Positions 1-11,620 of a stretch of DNA of 64,000 nucleotides are shown here, piece by piece. The stretch is from Mobula hypostoma (taxonomy: Eukaryota). The stretch is from positions 153,948,001 through 154,012,000 of the forward strand of contig NC_086097.1 of NCBI RefSeq assembly GCF_963921235.1, read 5' to 3'. The first letter of the stretch is position 1. Every line of letters begins with the position of its first letter. Below the pieces are notes generated by a model. The model searched no databases. It was not told the DNA's origin and worked only from the letters and a program-made list of their open reading frames with translations. The position numbers and the translations under genes are program-made.

Positions 1-225
1 TATGGACCTCTAGTTTCCTTCTCCTGAAGTCAATAATCAGCTTCTTGGTCTTGCTGACATTGAGTAAGAGGTTGTTGTTATGACACCAGTTTAACTGCTT
101 TTCAATTTCCCTCCTATATGCTGATTCATCGCCATCTTAGTTTCAGTCTATGACAGTGATGTCATTAGCAAACTTGAATATGGCACTGGAGCAGTGCTTA
201 ACCACACAGTCATAAGTGTAAAGCG
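1..225 (-). mobile_element. Rex/Babar-type LINE RT fragment
   Basis: Minus strand reads DGDESAYRREIEKQLNWCHNNNLLLNVSKTKKLIIDFRRR, typical of the Rex1/Babar RT C-terminal part. Confidence 0.85.
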
Positions 226-229
226 ATAA

Positions 230-545
230 CCATGTCTACTTGTTGTTACTATGTCATTTAAAGGCAGTAAAATACTGTAATGGAAAAAAAATTATAAAGA
301 ATCTTCATATATTTATTCCTTTTCTTCATCAACACCTTTCTGATGAAGCTTTGTCATGATTTCTTTGAAGAGTCAAGTGTGGAGTTCAACAGTGCACATG
401 TACTTCAAGAGATTATTACAAAGGTTTAATGTTGCTTAGTGGAACCAAATGTAGTTTGTCATACTTGTTTTGCCATTTAATTAGATCATGCTTTGTATCC
501 CTGTATAGCCATACTTACCAAAAATCTCAGATTACAGCTTTATTG
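230..545 (-). pseudogene. ITPR-like exon remnant, RIH-associated domain (part downstream of the Rex insertion)
   Basis: Reads LRFLVSMAIQGYKA*SN*MAKQ, with N and Q at the same spacing as ITPR1 [22 protein letters not shown]. After frameshifts it reads TLNLCNNLLKYM (~NYNLVCETLQFL) and LQYFTA/LNDIVTTSRHG (~NQTLESLTEYCQGPCHEN). Confidence 0.75.
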
Positions 546-1258
546 AATTGAATTGACTTTATTTCTTACATCCTTCACATACATGAGGAATAAAAATCTT
601 TACGTTATTTCTCCATCTAAATGTGCAATCATAGTAATTTATAATAATTTATGATAAATTGAACAGTCAATGTATCACAGAAATACACTCAAATCAGTGT
701 GAGTTAATCAGTCTGATGACCTGGTGGAAGAAGCTGTCCTGGAGCCTGTTGGTCCTGGCTTTTATGCTGCGATACCATTTCCCAGATGGTAGCAGCTGGA
801 ATAGACCGTGGTTGGGGTGACTCAGGTCCCCAATGATCCCTCGGGCCCTTTTTTTCACACCTGTCTTTGTAAATGCCCTGAATCATGGTAAGTTCACGAC
901 TACAGATGTGCTGGGATGTCCACACCACTCACTGCAGAATCCTGCAATTAAGGGAGGTACAGTTCCCATACCAGGCAGTGATGCAGCCAGTCAGGATGCT
1001 CTCAATCCTATCTGAGGTGAAAGAGGAGCTATTGTGCCTTATTCACCACAGAGCGGGTGAGTACAGACCACGTGAAGTCCTTGGTGATGTGGATGCCGAG
1101 GAACTTAAACCTGTTTACCCTCTCAACCCCAGATCCATTGATGTCAATAGGGGTTAGCCCGTCTCTATTCCTCCTGTAATCTACAACCAGCTCCTTTGTT
1201 TTTGCAACATTGAAGGGGAGGTTGTTTTCTCGACACCTGTGTCAGAGAGATGACTTCT
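546..1258 (-). mobile_element. 5'-truncated Rex/Babar LINE inserted into an ITPR-like exon
   Basis: Same family as 40456-41475, with an (ATTCA)n-like tail. Flanked by duplicated agctttattg (from ~537 and at 1265-1274), extendable to tctcaga(ttac)agctttattg. About 55 bp are deleted internally at 1005 relative to the 40.9k copy. Confidence 0.85.
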
Positions 1259-1264
1259 CTCAGA

Positions 1265-1400
1265 AGCTTTATTGTATGAACATCTTCAGCCTTTTCCTGA
1301 AGAGAATTTCTGATAGCCTGCTTCTCTTTGACGGAAGAGCCTTCATTTCTTCATTATTATTTTTACATACTTGTGGATCTTCCTCTAATTCATTTGAACA
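1265..1400 (-). pseudogene. ITPR-like exon remnant leading into the RIH-associated domain (part upstream of the Rex insertion)
   Basis: Strong acceptor ttttcttctctaacctttag| at 1401. Reads CSNELEEDPQVCKNNNEE, a frameshift, then NEGSSVKEKQAIRNSLQEKAEDVHTIKLL. It continues as RFL on the far side of the insertion. Confidence 0.7.
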
Positions 1401-1789
1401 CTAAAGGTTAGAGAAGAAAACACAGAAAACATCCTAGTGATATTGGTGAATAATTTTATGAGTATTCCTTTTCCATAAATTATATTTCACGAGTGTTTTA
1501 GGGGAAGAATAGTGAGAACTAATAACTAGTAAATAGGTTTTAGAATAGATTGTGCTAATGTGGTAACAGGGAACCAAAGACGAAGCCTAGAAGTAGAGGT
1601 GTGGAATGCAGCTCGACAAAGTCAAATTAGATTTATCGCTAGACTTGTGGATAATCATTTTATTCTCTAATCAGGACCTAGACTGTTATTTAACTAAGTA
1701 TTTATGTAACCATCATTCTGTTATCAAAAGTTAGTTTTACTGGTAATGTCATCAACTGGAAATGTAAAACTGCCTAATGCATCACCCAC

Positions 1790-2280
1790 ACCAGCTTACC
1801 CACCAGCAAGAACATACAGGCAGAAAGGTGCCAGGTAAAGGACAGTAATATCATGAAGGATCCCACCCATCTTATTCATTAACTGTTTGTCCTACTCCCA
1901 TCCAGGAGGAGGTTTCGTAGCATTCACGCCAGGGCCACCAGACTCAAAAACAGTTACTTTCCCCATGCAGTAAAGCTGATTAATACCTCCACCCACTAAT
2001 ACACTCCACTACAACCCCTGCCACCACTACTTTATCATATCTTCTCAGAGTCACCTTATGTACAAATACTCCTGTGCCTAGCATCACTTTATGGGCATAC
2101 AATCAATCTTTGTGATACTATCTCATGTATTCATAGGTATAGTGTTTTATATTATTATTGTGTTCCTTATCTTATTGTGTTTTTTGTAGTGCATCTGATT
2201 TGGAGAACAATTATTCATTGTCCATTAGACTTGTATACTGAAAATGGCATTAAACAATCATGAATCTTGAATCTTGATTC
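1790..2280 (+). mobile_element. Rex/Babar LINE 3' fragment
   Basis: IMKDPTH..LFVLLPSRRR..NSYFP motif and an (AATCTTG)n tail. Confidence 0.8.
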
Positions 2281-2441
2281 TTAAAATCTGTACCAAATTC
2301 ATGCTCAGGTAGGTAAGTTTGACTGGTCTCCTGGTGTGAACACTATTTTTTTTTAATTAATCACCCATTTTTCTGGACACCAACTTTGTGTGGCTTTTCA
2401 GTTTTCTTCTAAAATGAGTCATCTCTAACTCTAAATAACAC

Positions 2442-3057
2442 CTTGCCTCCATCTTCTATTGTTGGGAGTTGACATGGCTGGTAATGAGAGAAGCAAGTCA
2501 GTGGACATCTGTTGGCACATGGGTCATAATGCTCAGAGTACTTGAGCAAATATGTACCCAGTAACTCTTTGGTGGCCACCTTGACATCCCTGGAGATGGA
2601 GTAAGGAATGCATTCCACTTTCACAAATCAAACATGCAGACAGGCAGCATATCAATCACAGGCCACCTGATTGCTAAAAAGAAAATCCTCCATAATTATT
2701 CAACATAGCTTCTCTCATTTGTACAGAAATTTTGACTGTTGCAGAAGTATTTTTTTTTAAACGTAGGGCTATAATATCACAGATGCAGTAATCTTTTCTT
2801 TTTATTAATAATAAATTAAGCTAAATGAAAGAAATCTCTGCAAAATTCAATATTTTTATAGTAATTTAGTACATCCGCAATGAATCACTCAAAATTGTTT
2901 TCCAATTCAGTTCACTTTGCTGAGTTGTCAATGCGGATACTGCTTCATTTCAACTTTATCTCTCCCCCTGGAACTGATAACTAGCAATATATTTGTAAAT
3001 CAGGGAAACGTAGCATATAGCAGCTCAGTAAAACTACCCTGGCAGTACAACTTCAAT

Positions 3058-3113
<56 letters not shown>

Positions 3114-3275
3114 TCAACTTAACTTTTCAAGCAAGTTCCTAGCTGGCCTCACAAGTCAGCAGAATCATCAAATTCAATGGAGTGGAATGTTGGAAGAGCA
3201 ATATACTGTGCACCTAACATGTTGGGATTTCTATAACATGTCAACCTCTAATTTGATCCTCAGTGACTGGAGCTA
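2442..3275 (-). pseudogene. ITPR-like exon remnant (region before RIH-associated domain), containing a (TA)n expansion
   Basis: SALTTQQSELN (~2905-2940) ~ MSLAEVQCHLD; DIIALRLKKNT/LQQSKFLY (~2720-2778) ~ LAIALLEGGNTTIQHSFF. Boundaries are approximate and there are many stops. Confidence 0.55.
3064..3108. repeat. (TA)n microsatellite
   Basis: Perfect TA run. Confidence 0.95.
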
Positions 3276-3514
3276 CTAATCATTAAATTCAAATCAGAAG
3301 GCATGGTTTTTACAATATTATGTGTTAGCAAATAATGTCAAACGAGGAACAATTGTCCATTGAAACTGTTTCTGTTCCTTTGCTAAATTGAAGTTCCATT
3401 AGGTGGTCTGTGGAGTCCTACAGAAGTTAAAGTCAAAGTTGAGTTTAATGTCATAAGCACAAGTACATGTATGGGCAGGTCCAATGAAAAATTTACTTGC
3501 AGTAACACAAGGCC

Positions 3515-4283
3515 ATGAGATACAGGAGCAGAATTATGCCATTTGGCCCTTTGAGTCTGCTCCTCTATTTCACCATAGTTTATCCAACCTTTAGGGAATC
3601 CCGCACAAGAACTCTCAAGTCCCTTTGTGCCTCAGTTTTTTTTTGTATTTTCTCTCCATTTAGGAAGTGGTTAACAGTTACATTTCTTCTACAAAGTGCA
3701 TGACCATACACTTCCCAACACTGTATTCCATCTAACAACACACATCAAAGTTGCTGGTGAACGCAGCAGGCCATGCAGCATCTCTAGGAAGAGGTGCAGT
3801 CGACATTTCAGGCCAGGACCCTTCATCAGGACTGAAACGTCGACTGCACCTCTTCCTAGAGATGCTGCCTGGCCTGCTGCGTTTACCAGCAACTTTTATG
3901 GGTGTTGCTTGAATTTCCATCATCTGCAGAATTCCTGTTGACTGTATTCCATCTGCCATTTCTTTCCCATTCTCCTAATCAGTCTTTTTGTAGCCTCTCT
4001 ACCTCCTCAAAACTAGCTGCTCCTCCACCTATCTTTATATTGTCCACAAATATTACAACAAAGCCTTCATTTCCATCACCCAAATCATTGACATATAACA
4101 TAGTCCCAACACTGTCCCCTGTGGAACACCACTAGCCACCGGCAGCCAGCCAGAAAAGGTCTCCCTTTACTCCCACTCTTTGCCTCCTGCCAATCAGCCA
4201 CTGCTTTATCCATGCTGGAATCTTTCTTGTAATACCATGTGCTCTTAACTTGTTAAGCAGCCTCATGTTGGCATCTTGTCAAA
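3515..4283 (-). mobile_element. Internally deleted CR1 LINE fragment nested in a Rex 3' tail (~3427-3510 and ~4284-4430)
   Basis: CR1 tail aggagcagaatta.gccattt followed directly by RT-region sequence (SGVPQGTVLG). Confidence 0.75.
3734..3940. mobile_element. Penelope-derived short hairpin element with hammerhead-like core
   Basis: Perfect 14-bp TSD actgtattccatct (3720-3733 and 3941-3954). It consists of two inverted copies of the Penelope 3' terminal region seen at 14442-14580 and 15840-15947. Confidence 0.85.
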
Positions 4284-5220
4284 ACAGGCACAGATCATCG
4301 CACAAGCAGCTTTCACAAAGAAAACGTAAATATCAATTAAACCTGTTTTACCGTAAAGTACACAATTATAACAAAAAACAATCAATTTTAGTCCAAAGTG
4401 ATCAAGGTCATAGTGTGCATTGCTAAATTGAATTACTATATTCTGATACCTTCAAGCCAAAACAAATTGAGGAAAGGTTCAGGGCAGAAACTTTTACTTC
4501 TCTGATGGTGAAAATTCATTGAAACTTATAATTTTAATGAGATGTAGAGCTTATGCAGGAACAAACTGCCTGATCACAAACTCCTTAGCTGTTTGGCTAA
4601 AGTCTTTATCACAGCTACAGTATGTACAACTGCAATTTATCCCTTTCATTCTCTCTCAAGATAATTAATTTGGAATTAGGTAGATCAAATAATTTTTTGA
4701 TCATTCTCAGCCTGACTCAAGGGCACAGGCAAGCTGATTTGTTTCCATTGTGTCAATTTAATGGTTTCTATCAGTTTCTTCTATGCATACAATTAACTTG
4801 ACCGCTGCTTGTTTTTTTTTCCAAATTGTCAGGTTAATAGAATTTCTGATTGATCTTCACACTAACTGTATATAGCTTCTGCCGTGTAAGGGGGAATTTA
4901 AACTTCATGCATTCCACAAAGTATTAAGTCTGGATAAAGATTGTATCTGTTTTTGCTTCGACACATTGCCTTCCATTTTTAAATAATGTAGCTCATCTTT
5001 AATTTCCTTCCATAGCTTCTTTCCCCCAGTTTTGATTGTTATGGTCATGAAACCACTATAAATTGATCTCTTATAAACATTTATAGCAGAGAAATTCTTC
5101 AGCTCCATGCTGCGTAAGACCTCCATGAACATAGTGCAAAGATTCACAATGTGGCCTTGCTCCTTGATGCAAAAAGCCACACAATCCTGATTACCAGTGT
5201 AGAGGTTTCTGAAAGTGGTC

Positions 5221-5430
5221 ATAGAATACAGCACAGAACCGGGCCTTTCGGCCTAACACATCCATGTCAATCTTCTCTTGCCTGCATTAAGTCTGCTTTT
5301 GTTTTTTTACAGGCCAATTCAACTTCCTGTGTAAGTGTCTCTTGAATATGTAATTGTATCTAATTCCATCACCTCCTCGGCAGTAATTTCCAAATATGAA
5401 CCAATATATGGATTTTAAAAATACCCATTT
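5221..5430 (-). mobile_element. CR1 3' tail fragment
   Basis: atagaatacagcacagaacc.ggcctttcggcc terminus, shared with other CR1 ends (e.g. 59741). Confidence 0.7.
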
Positions 5431-5495
5431 ATGCTGCTCCAATTGACAACTGGATTAACTTAACAGACAAATGCTAAAGGTCAAAATTATCACTA

Positions 5496-6045
5496 TGCAC
5501 TCAGAGGGTATTTTATTTGGTACGTCCTGTGCCTAATTAAGTGGCCACTAAGTGCATGGTTGTGGTTTTCTGCTGTTGTAGTCCATCCACTTCAATGTTC
5601 AATGTGTTGTGCATTCAGGGACACTCTTCTGCACACCACTGTTGTGACACGTGTTTATTTAAGTTACTGTAGCATTCCTCTCAGCTTGAACAAGTCTGGC
5701 CATTCTCCTCTGACCACTGTTATTTACAAGGCATGTTTGCCCACAGAACTGCCGCTCACTGGATGCGTTCTGTGTCTCACACCATTCTGCGTAAACACTA
5801 GACACTATTGTATGTGAAAATCCCAGATCAGTTGTTTCTGAGCTACTCACCAACAATTATTGCAATAGCAAAGTTATTAGATCACATTTCTTCCTTATTC
5901 TGATGTTTGGCCTGAACAACAACTGAACCTCTTCTCACATCTACTTACTTTTTGCACTCAGTTGCTGCTAAATGATTGGTAAATTAGATATTTGCATTAA
6001 TGAACAGATGAACAGGTATAATTAATAAAGTGGCTTCTGATTTTA
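5496..6045 (-). mobile_element. Non-autonomous Tc1/mariner derivative
   Basis: Degenerate terminal inverted repeats of type CACTCAGTGGCCACTTTATTAGGTAC flanked by TA, plus an extra internal TIR copy at 5529-5556. Transposase N-terminal remnant GQRRMARLVQAERNATVT. Confidence 0.8.
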
Positions 6046-7394
6046 TAAACAAAAGCATAACATTAGGAGACTTCAAAGCAACCTTTCGGTAATAAATGTG
6101 AGCAGTTTCTGATTTGGACTTGCATCAACCAGAACATGAGCCAAGTGTGAGGTAAAACATTCTTTAACCAAAAACTCAGTAGAGATCCATACTTCAGTGT
6201 ACTCTGGAGAAAACTCATCTTTGTCTCTGCTTAGATAGACTATTTTCATTACATTTTGTGAAGGACTTTAGATACCTTAAAAAAATAATTCAGCACTCGC
6301 ATCTTTCCTTTTACCTCAAGCACTGGAAGATGTGGTAGGAAGCCTCTACAGAAATAAACTTTCGGTCTCTTTGTTTATGCAGGGAAAGATAATTCTAATT
6401 AACATTGGTTTAATGGAAATGTTGTGCTGGAAGTTCAGCATTCAAGGGTAATAAATGACATCAGAGACATCTCAGAAGCTTGACACATTTATCCCACAGG
6501 AAGACTGGGCAACCTGATTAACTATGTAATCTCCAGGGGATGAGGTCATTTATGTTTCAGAAACATTTACCAGCTATGAGCCCAAAGACTTCAATTTATT
6601 CAATAAACGAGCTACCTAATGTTATTAGCTTGTCACACATCTAAGGAGTCTAATTCTAAATTAATCCCATCAGTTTAGATTATTCTCAGTCACTGATCTC
6701 AACTATAAATTTATAATCAGTATGCCAGTTAATGTTGACCTACCTTGGCATAACTGTAATCTTCTATTTATTTTGACAATTTATGTTATCCATTTGATGG
6801 CTTTAATAATTAATAACAAAAGGGTCACAGGCTATTCAAAAAAGTTAATGGTGAAAACGGATGATGTGGACTGTGCAAATGCATTTAAGAATACATCAAA
6901 CAGGTTTCAGGGGAGAGACTGACAGGCATGAGATCAGGAATTTTTCTGAAATGTACTCATAGCAAATGGAAAACATTAGGTTTAGTTGTAGCTCCTATAC
7001 CTCCACCAAGGAGTTCCAGCCAATAAAATCAATCCAGTAACAGGAGTCAAACCTTTTGGATCTGTCTCAACTTGCTCCCAAATGCTCTTATGCTGCCAGG
7101 TTTTAACATGGATCAATTTTTTTTTTTAAAAACATAGATATCAACATTTTGAAGTTGATAAATTAACCTTTTCAAAATATAATGTCCTATCAACAGACTC
7201 CTAATCAATCCAGCAGCTTTATATCTTAACATCTTCAAAATTAACTTTGAAATGTGACACTCTAATTGATAGACAATTTGAGTGAAGTCTGGTGATTTCA
7301 ATTCCCAACCAGGAAATGAATGATATTTTCAGAATCAAACAACATCTTCTTTAAGCAACAAAATGTAAGAAACCTTACCCTACTTATTGGAAGA

Positions 7395-7977
7395 AGCAGT
7401 CTGGTATGGGAACATCAATGCCCTTGAACTGAAATAAAGTGCACAACGTATTTGATACAGCCCAAGTCCAGTCCATCATAGGTAAAGACCTACCCGCCAA
7501 TGAGCACATTTACAGGGAGTGCGGTCATGGGAAAGTAGTATCTGTCAAAGGACCCCCACTATCCTGGCCATGCTCTCTTCTCACTGCTGCCATCAGGAAG
7601 AAGTTATAGGAGCTTCAAGTTCCACACCACCAGGTTCAGGAACAGTTATCACCCGTTAAGCATCCGGCTCTTGAGTCAGAGGGGGTAACTTCAATCACAC
7701 CAACGCTAAACTGATTCTAAAATCTATGAACTCACTTTTAAGGATTTAACAACTAGAGTTCTCAATACTTATTGATTATTTATTTGCTTTCTTTTTGTAT
7801 TTCACAGTCTGTGTCTTTTGTACATTAGTTGTTTGCCTATCTCCATTATGAGTGGTTTTTCATTGATTCCATTGCGTTTCTTTCTACCTACTATGAATGC
7901 CCACAAGAAAATGAATCTCAGTATATGCTGACTTACATGTACCTTGATAATAAATTCACTTTGTATATTTAACTTTG
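7395..7977 (+). mobile_element. Rex/Babar LINE 3' fragment
   Basis: WYGN..KDPHYPGHALFSLLPSGRSYRS..TTRFRNSY motif and an aataaattcactttg tail. Confidence 0.8.
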
Positions 7978-8269
7978 AGGAAAAAGGTAGTGAAACAACA
8001 ACACAAGGTCAAGGATATGTCGAGGTACATGCAAGTCGCAACATTTGATCTTTGCTGGTATCACTGAAGCCAAATGGTAGGAGGCAAAATGGCAGGGAAG
8101 AACCCAGCTCACTCTTGTGCACAGGCTTCAGACTTTCTATCTCAAGTGAATCCAACCATGATCCAGAAAGATAAATTATGATAAAGGAGCATTCACTACT
8201 CTCCCTTACACAAACCCAATACAAGGTGTTATCATTATTGTTCTTCTTTACCGTACATGGTCCCCTGAG

Positions 8270-10060
8270 TGAAGTTCGATGTGGACAAGGTGATGAAGGC
8301 GGCTTTTGGCCTCCAGCCCTTTATCAGTCAGGATATTGATTACATTTTAGCTATATTTGTCTCACATACATCAAAATATACAGTAAAGTGCATTGCCTGC
8401 ATCAACTCAAATCAGCAAGGATTGTGCTGGGCAGCCTGTAAGTGTTGCCACACTTCTGGTGACAACATAGTATGCCTACGACTCACTAACCTTAACCTTA
8501 CATGGCAGGAAATCGAAGCATGCAGAGGAAACCCTAATGGTCATGGAGTGAACGTACAAACTCCTTAAATACAGCAGTGGGAGACAAACCCTGATCAGTA
8601 ATCAGTTACACCAATCACTATGCTACTGTGCTGCTTCTGAATACAAAAGCTGGGAGGCCATGGTGTGATTATACAAGATGCTGATCAGACCACACAGTGT
8701 ATCGTGTTCGGGTTTAGCCACTCTGCTATAGGAATGACATTATGAAACTGGAAAGAGTACAGAAAAGATTTACAAGAGATGCTGCCAGGATTTGAGTGAC
8801 TGAGCTATAGGGAAAGATCAAACAGACAAGGACCTTATCCTTAGAACATAGGAGACTGAGAAGTGATTTTACAGTCTCTTATAAAATCATGAGAGGCATA
8901 GGCAGGGTGAATGCAATTTTATCAAGGGCAAGGAATCAAGAATTAGAGGGCATATGTGTAAGGTGAGAGGGGAATTGATAATAGGAACTTAGGGACAACT
9001 TGTTTACACAAAGCGTAATATGTATATGGAATGAGCTGCCAAAAAGTGGTTGTGGCAGGTACAATATATTGCTTGTAAAACAGATGGAGACACTCAGTGT
9101 TACAAGGGGGAGTTGATGGCGGACCCAAATGCAAGACACAAACACTGAAGTACTAGGATTGTCAAGAAAGCTAGGGAAGAAACAACACTGGACATTGACA
9201 TAAGCCCTGGACAAGACTAGGATTCAGAGTCTGGGCTAGGACTTGGACTAGAGACACAGGACCCGGACAGGGAACACAGAACTCCAGAACCAGAGCCTGG
9301 ACAAGGAACCGGAACTTGGGTCTTGACTTGGAACTGGAACCCTGATCTTGGCTAGGATTCAGGACTAGGATCTTGGCAGGGACAGGACGTGGCTACAGGA
9401 CAGGACGAGGAATCTCCAGCATCAGGCTGGGTGAGGAACTCCTGGGCTGGGCAAGGCACCGGAACTAGATGAGGACACGAAGCTCAGATTTGAACAGGGC
9501 TGGAACACAGCTCCTGGACTTGGTCTTGGAACACAGAGCCTTGGACGTGGACCGGACGAGGTACTCCAGGGCAGGACACAGAGCCAGAGCCCCTCCTTGG
9601 GAACAGGACCTAGGGCCAGGACTCTTCTTTGACACAGACACTAAACAGAGGGAGACAAAGAGATAGTTCCAAACTCAATGATAGATAGTTCCTTATCTTG
9701 CCATGGCAAGGCTCTGGTCTCACTCCAGCAGTTGACCTTGCCAAGGCTTCAGGCAGAAGGGAACAGTCCAACAGGGAATCCTTGGTTTGAGAGGTATTTA
9801 TGTGCCAGCCCAAAACAAGAATCAGGTGCCTCAATTAAGTCACCCAATGGAACTGGGGAAAACAGGGAAAACCTGGAATATGGATCGATGGACCGGTCTG
9901 TGAACCGGAATGCGGACTTCATGGACCGGATCATGATACATACATAAGAAATACTTAGAAAGGTTATGGGCCAGACAAGATAAATGGGACCTCTTCCTAT
10001 CTGCAAAGACCAGTTAGGCTGAAGAGCATCTTCTGTGCTGTACGTCTCCTTGACTCCATC
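8270..10060 (+). mobile_element. Old CR1 3' fragment interrupted by a SINE (~8340-8635, minus) and a solo LTR (9098-9937)
   Basis: KLERVQKRF..LSYRER and RGNLFTQSV..WNELP motifs; CR1 sequence resumes after each insertion. Confidence 0.7.
9098..9937 (-). mobile_element. Solo LTR related to the Sushi-like element at 22.6-27.5 kb, with internal tandem micro-repeats
   Basis: Starts TGTTAC and ends CATGATA (cf. CATGACA). Shares ggacccaa(a/g)tgca and cctggaa motifs with LTR 22588-22972. The interior is rich in GGACTAGGA, GGACA and GGAAC units. Confidence 0.7.
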
Positions 10061-10424
10061 TGGATCCATTTGGTCTTCCTACCCCCATGAAGAATATCCT
10101 GATTGTTCTCTTGAAACCTCCTCTTCTCCGAAAAATTAAATATACTTGTTCCTCTCATTTTCTAATTTCTTATGGAATGCCAAGGACCTGAAGCATTAAC
10201 TCTTTTTCTCTCTACCTGACCTGCAGAGTATCTCCAGTATTTTCTTATTTTTATGTCTATCTGTTGGTTGCACTCTCTCTGCCAATGACACCTACTATAT
10301 GATATCGGCCCACTTTGGATTGAAAGTCCGAAATGTAGTATTAACATCCTACTGTCTTCATTATCTTTTTCTACTTGAGTGCCAGATTCTCCAATGGAAG
10401 AGTTGTAGCTTTGTTAACTTGTAC

Positions 10425-10498
10425 CTAGTTGAAGAGTTCTGAAACTTTGAGCATACAATTTTACTGACATTGAATATACTGTTGAGTTTGGAAAGAAC
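10425..10498 (-). pseudogene. ITPR-like exon (74 nt, open)
   Basis: ttttgttttag|GTT..ACT AG|gtacaa; reads VLSKLNSIFNVSKIVCSKFQNSST(R). Its phase-2 end joins the next exon at 6275 (g tat cta aag) correctly. Resembles EIKCNSLLPLDDIVRVV. Confidence 0.7.
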
Positions 10499-11418
10499 CT
10501 AAAACAAAATCTCTGAGCTAATACCTTGTAGACTATGGTGGATTTCAAAGTAATGTAATTTCAAAGTGTGTTTGGATCAATTAAATAGTGCACTTATGTT
10601 GATTGCTAACTCTGCTTCCACCTCCTTGATTTCTCCGACTCTTTCCCCACATAATTCTTCTAAAACTCATGTACATACATACCTGTTATTTCTAAATTAG
10701 TTTTTAATATTTTCATGGGGAGCCTCCCATGTTCCATCCTCAGTGGGGGGGAAAAAAAACTTAACAGCCCATATAGTGAACCTAACTTCATCCAAAATTC
10801 AACTGCTCCGATTTTAACTCACACCATCCCGTTCATCAAACATTACTTGACTTTCTGATCCATCATGTATAAAATCCTCATCCTTGCTTGTAAGTAATTC
10901 TGACCCTATCTCTGATATCCTTCCTAGCCTCAGATTTCTGAGGTATATGCCTGTTTGCGTATGTTCAAAGTTAATTACTTTGTTTTTGGCAATTGTGCCT
11001 TCAATTGCCTGAGCCTTTGATTTTAAAATTCCCTCAATAAGTACCTCCAGCTCTGCAATTTCCTCATGTATAAACTCTTACTCATTGACCAGACATTAGG
11101 TTAAACTTTTTTTCTTCTTGACATTCAATATCATTATTTTTTTCTATTTTCCAGCATTCTCATGAGGTATTTTGGAACATTTTACTACATTACTGCTAAA
11201 CAAAGCAGTTGTTAATGTTGATTAAGGTTCTCCAGAAACCCCAAGCGATTTCACCAGCAATCCCTAATACACATTATAGGTAACTTACACATTTTGTTGC
11301 TATTTTGGGGCCAAAGTTATGCTAAGAAATCAGGAGATGTCATTCAGAATGTCCGTGCACTTTCTTATTTGTGCAACTAATTGCTGTAATAACTTCATCA
11401 GAAGTTATACAGAAATCT

Positions 11419-11620
11419 ACAAATAGACTCTTCATGGGCTTTCAGCTGGTTACAGGTATCAATTTTAAATGATGTTTCAATAACAAACTCTGCTATCTTC
11501 ATCAGGGATGCTGGGAGAGTTTGACATCAAAACATCAGTTACCATCGATACCCGTACCTGGCTGGAAGCCTGAGAAGAATTTATTCATTATATACACTGG
11601 GAAAGCACTTGATCCTTTTT
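11419..11620. mobile_element. Second family of Penelope-derived short hairpin element
   Basis: 13-bp TSD tata(c/t)agaaatct (11406-11418 and 11621-11633). Imperfect inverted arms. Minus-strand CTGATGA..GAAA core at ~11472-11507. Confidence 0.65.

Larger units (their letters stand above)
4450..6275 (-). pseudogene. Large ITPR-like exon remnant split by a Tc1 derivative and a CR1 tail
   Basis: Acceptor tttaag| at 6276 and donor |gtatca at 4449. YLKSFTK/VMKIVYLS..EVW..LLTFITE ~ VKIAYINFLNHCYV..HMW..LEKYVTE. LIQLSIG (5431-5495) ~ FVQLLQG. NLYTGNQDCVAFCIKE (ORF 4905..5234) ~ WLMPSQKASVESCIRV. MIKKLFDLPNSKLIILRENERDKLQLYIL (~4620-4710) ~ [25 protein letters not shown]. Confidence 0.7.

Noticed and set aside
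513..518. Perfect GTAAGT donor right after LRFL
   Set aside because: The frame continues through it with ITPR-like spacing (N and Q conserved), so it is more likely coding sequence. A real donor cannot be fully excluded.
1269..1400. Intact terminal exon of a live gene (open frame ending IQ* with overlapping AATAAA)
   Set aside because: The stop lies within the TSD of the Rex insertion, and the homologous frame (KLLRFL) is a different one reached by a frameshift.
6300..8260. Additional exons in unique-looking DNA (e.g. ORFs 7113..7301 and 8009..8224)
   Set aside because: I found no convincing motif match, and the exons at 10425-10498 and 6275 already join in phase across this interval.
9200..9620. 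CRISPR-like or coding repeat array
   Set aside because: Units are short and irregular with no constant repeat and unique spacer pattern, they lie inside an LTR, and the context is eukaryotic with no cas genes.
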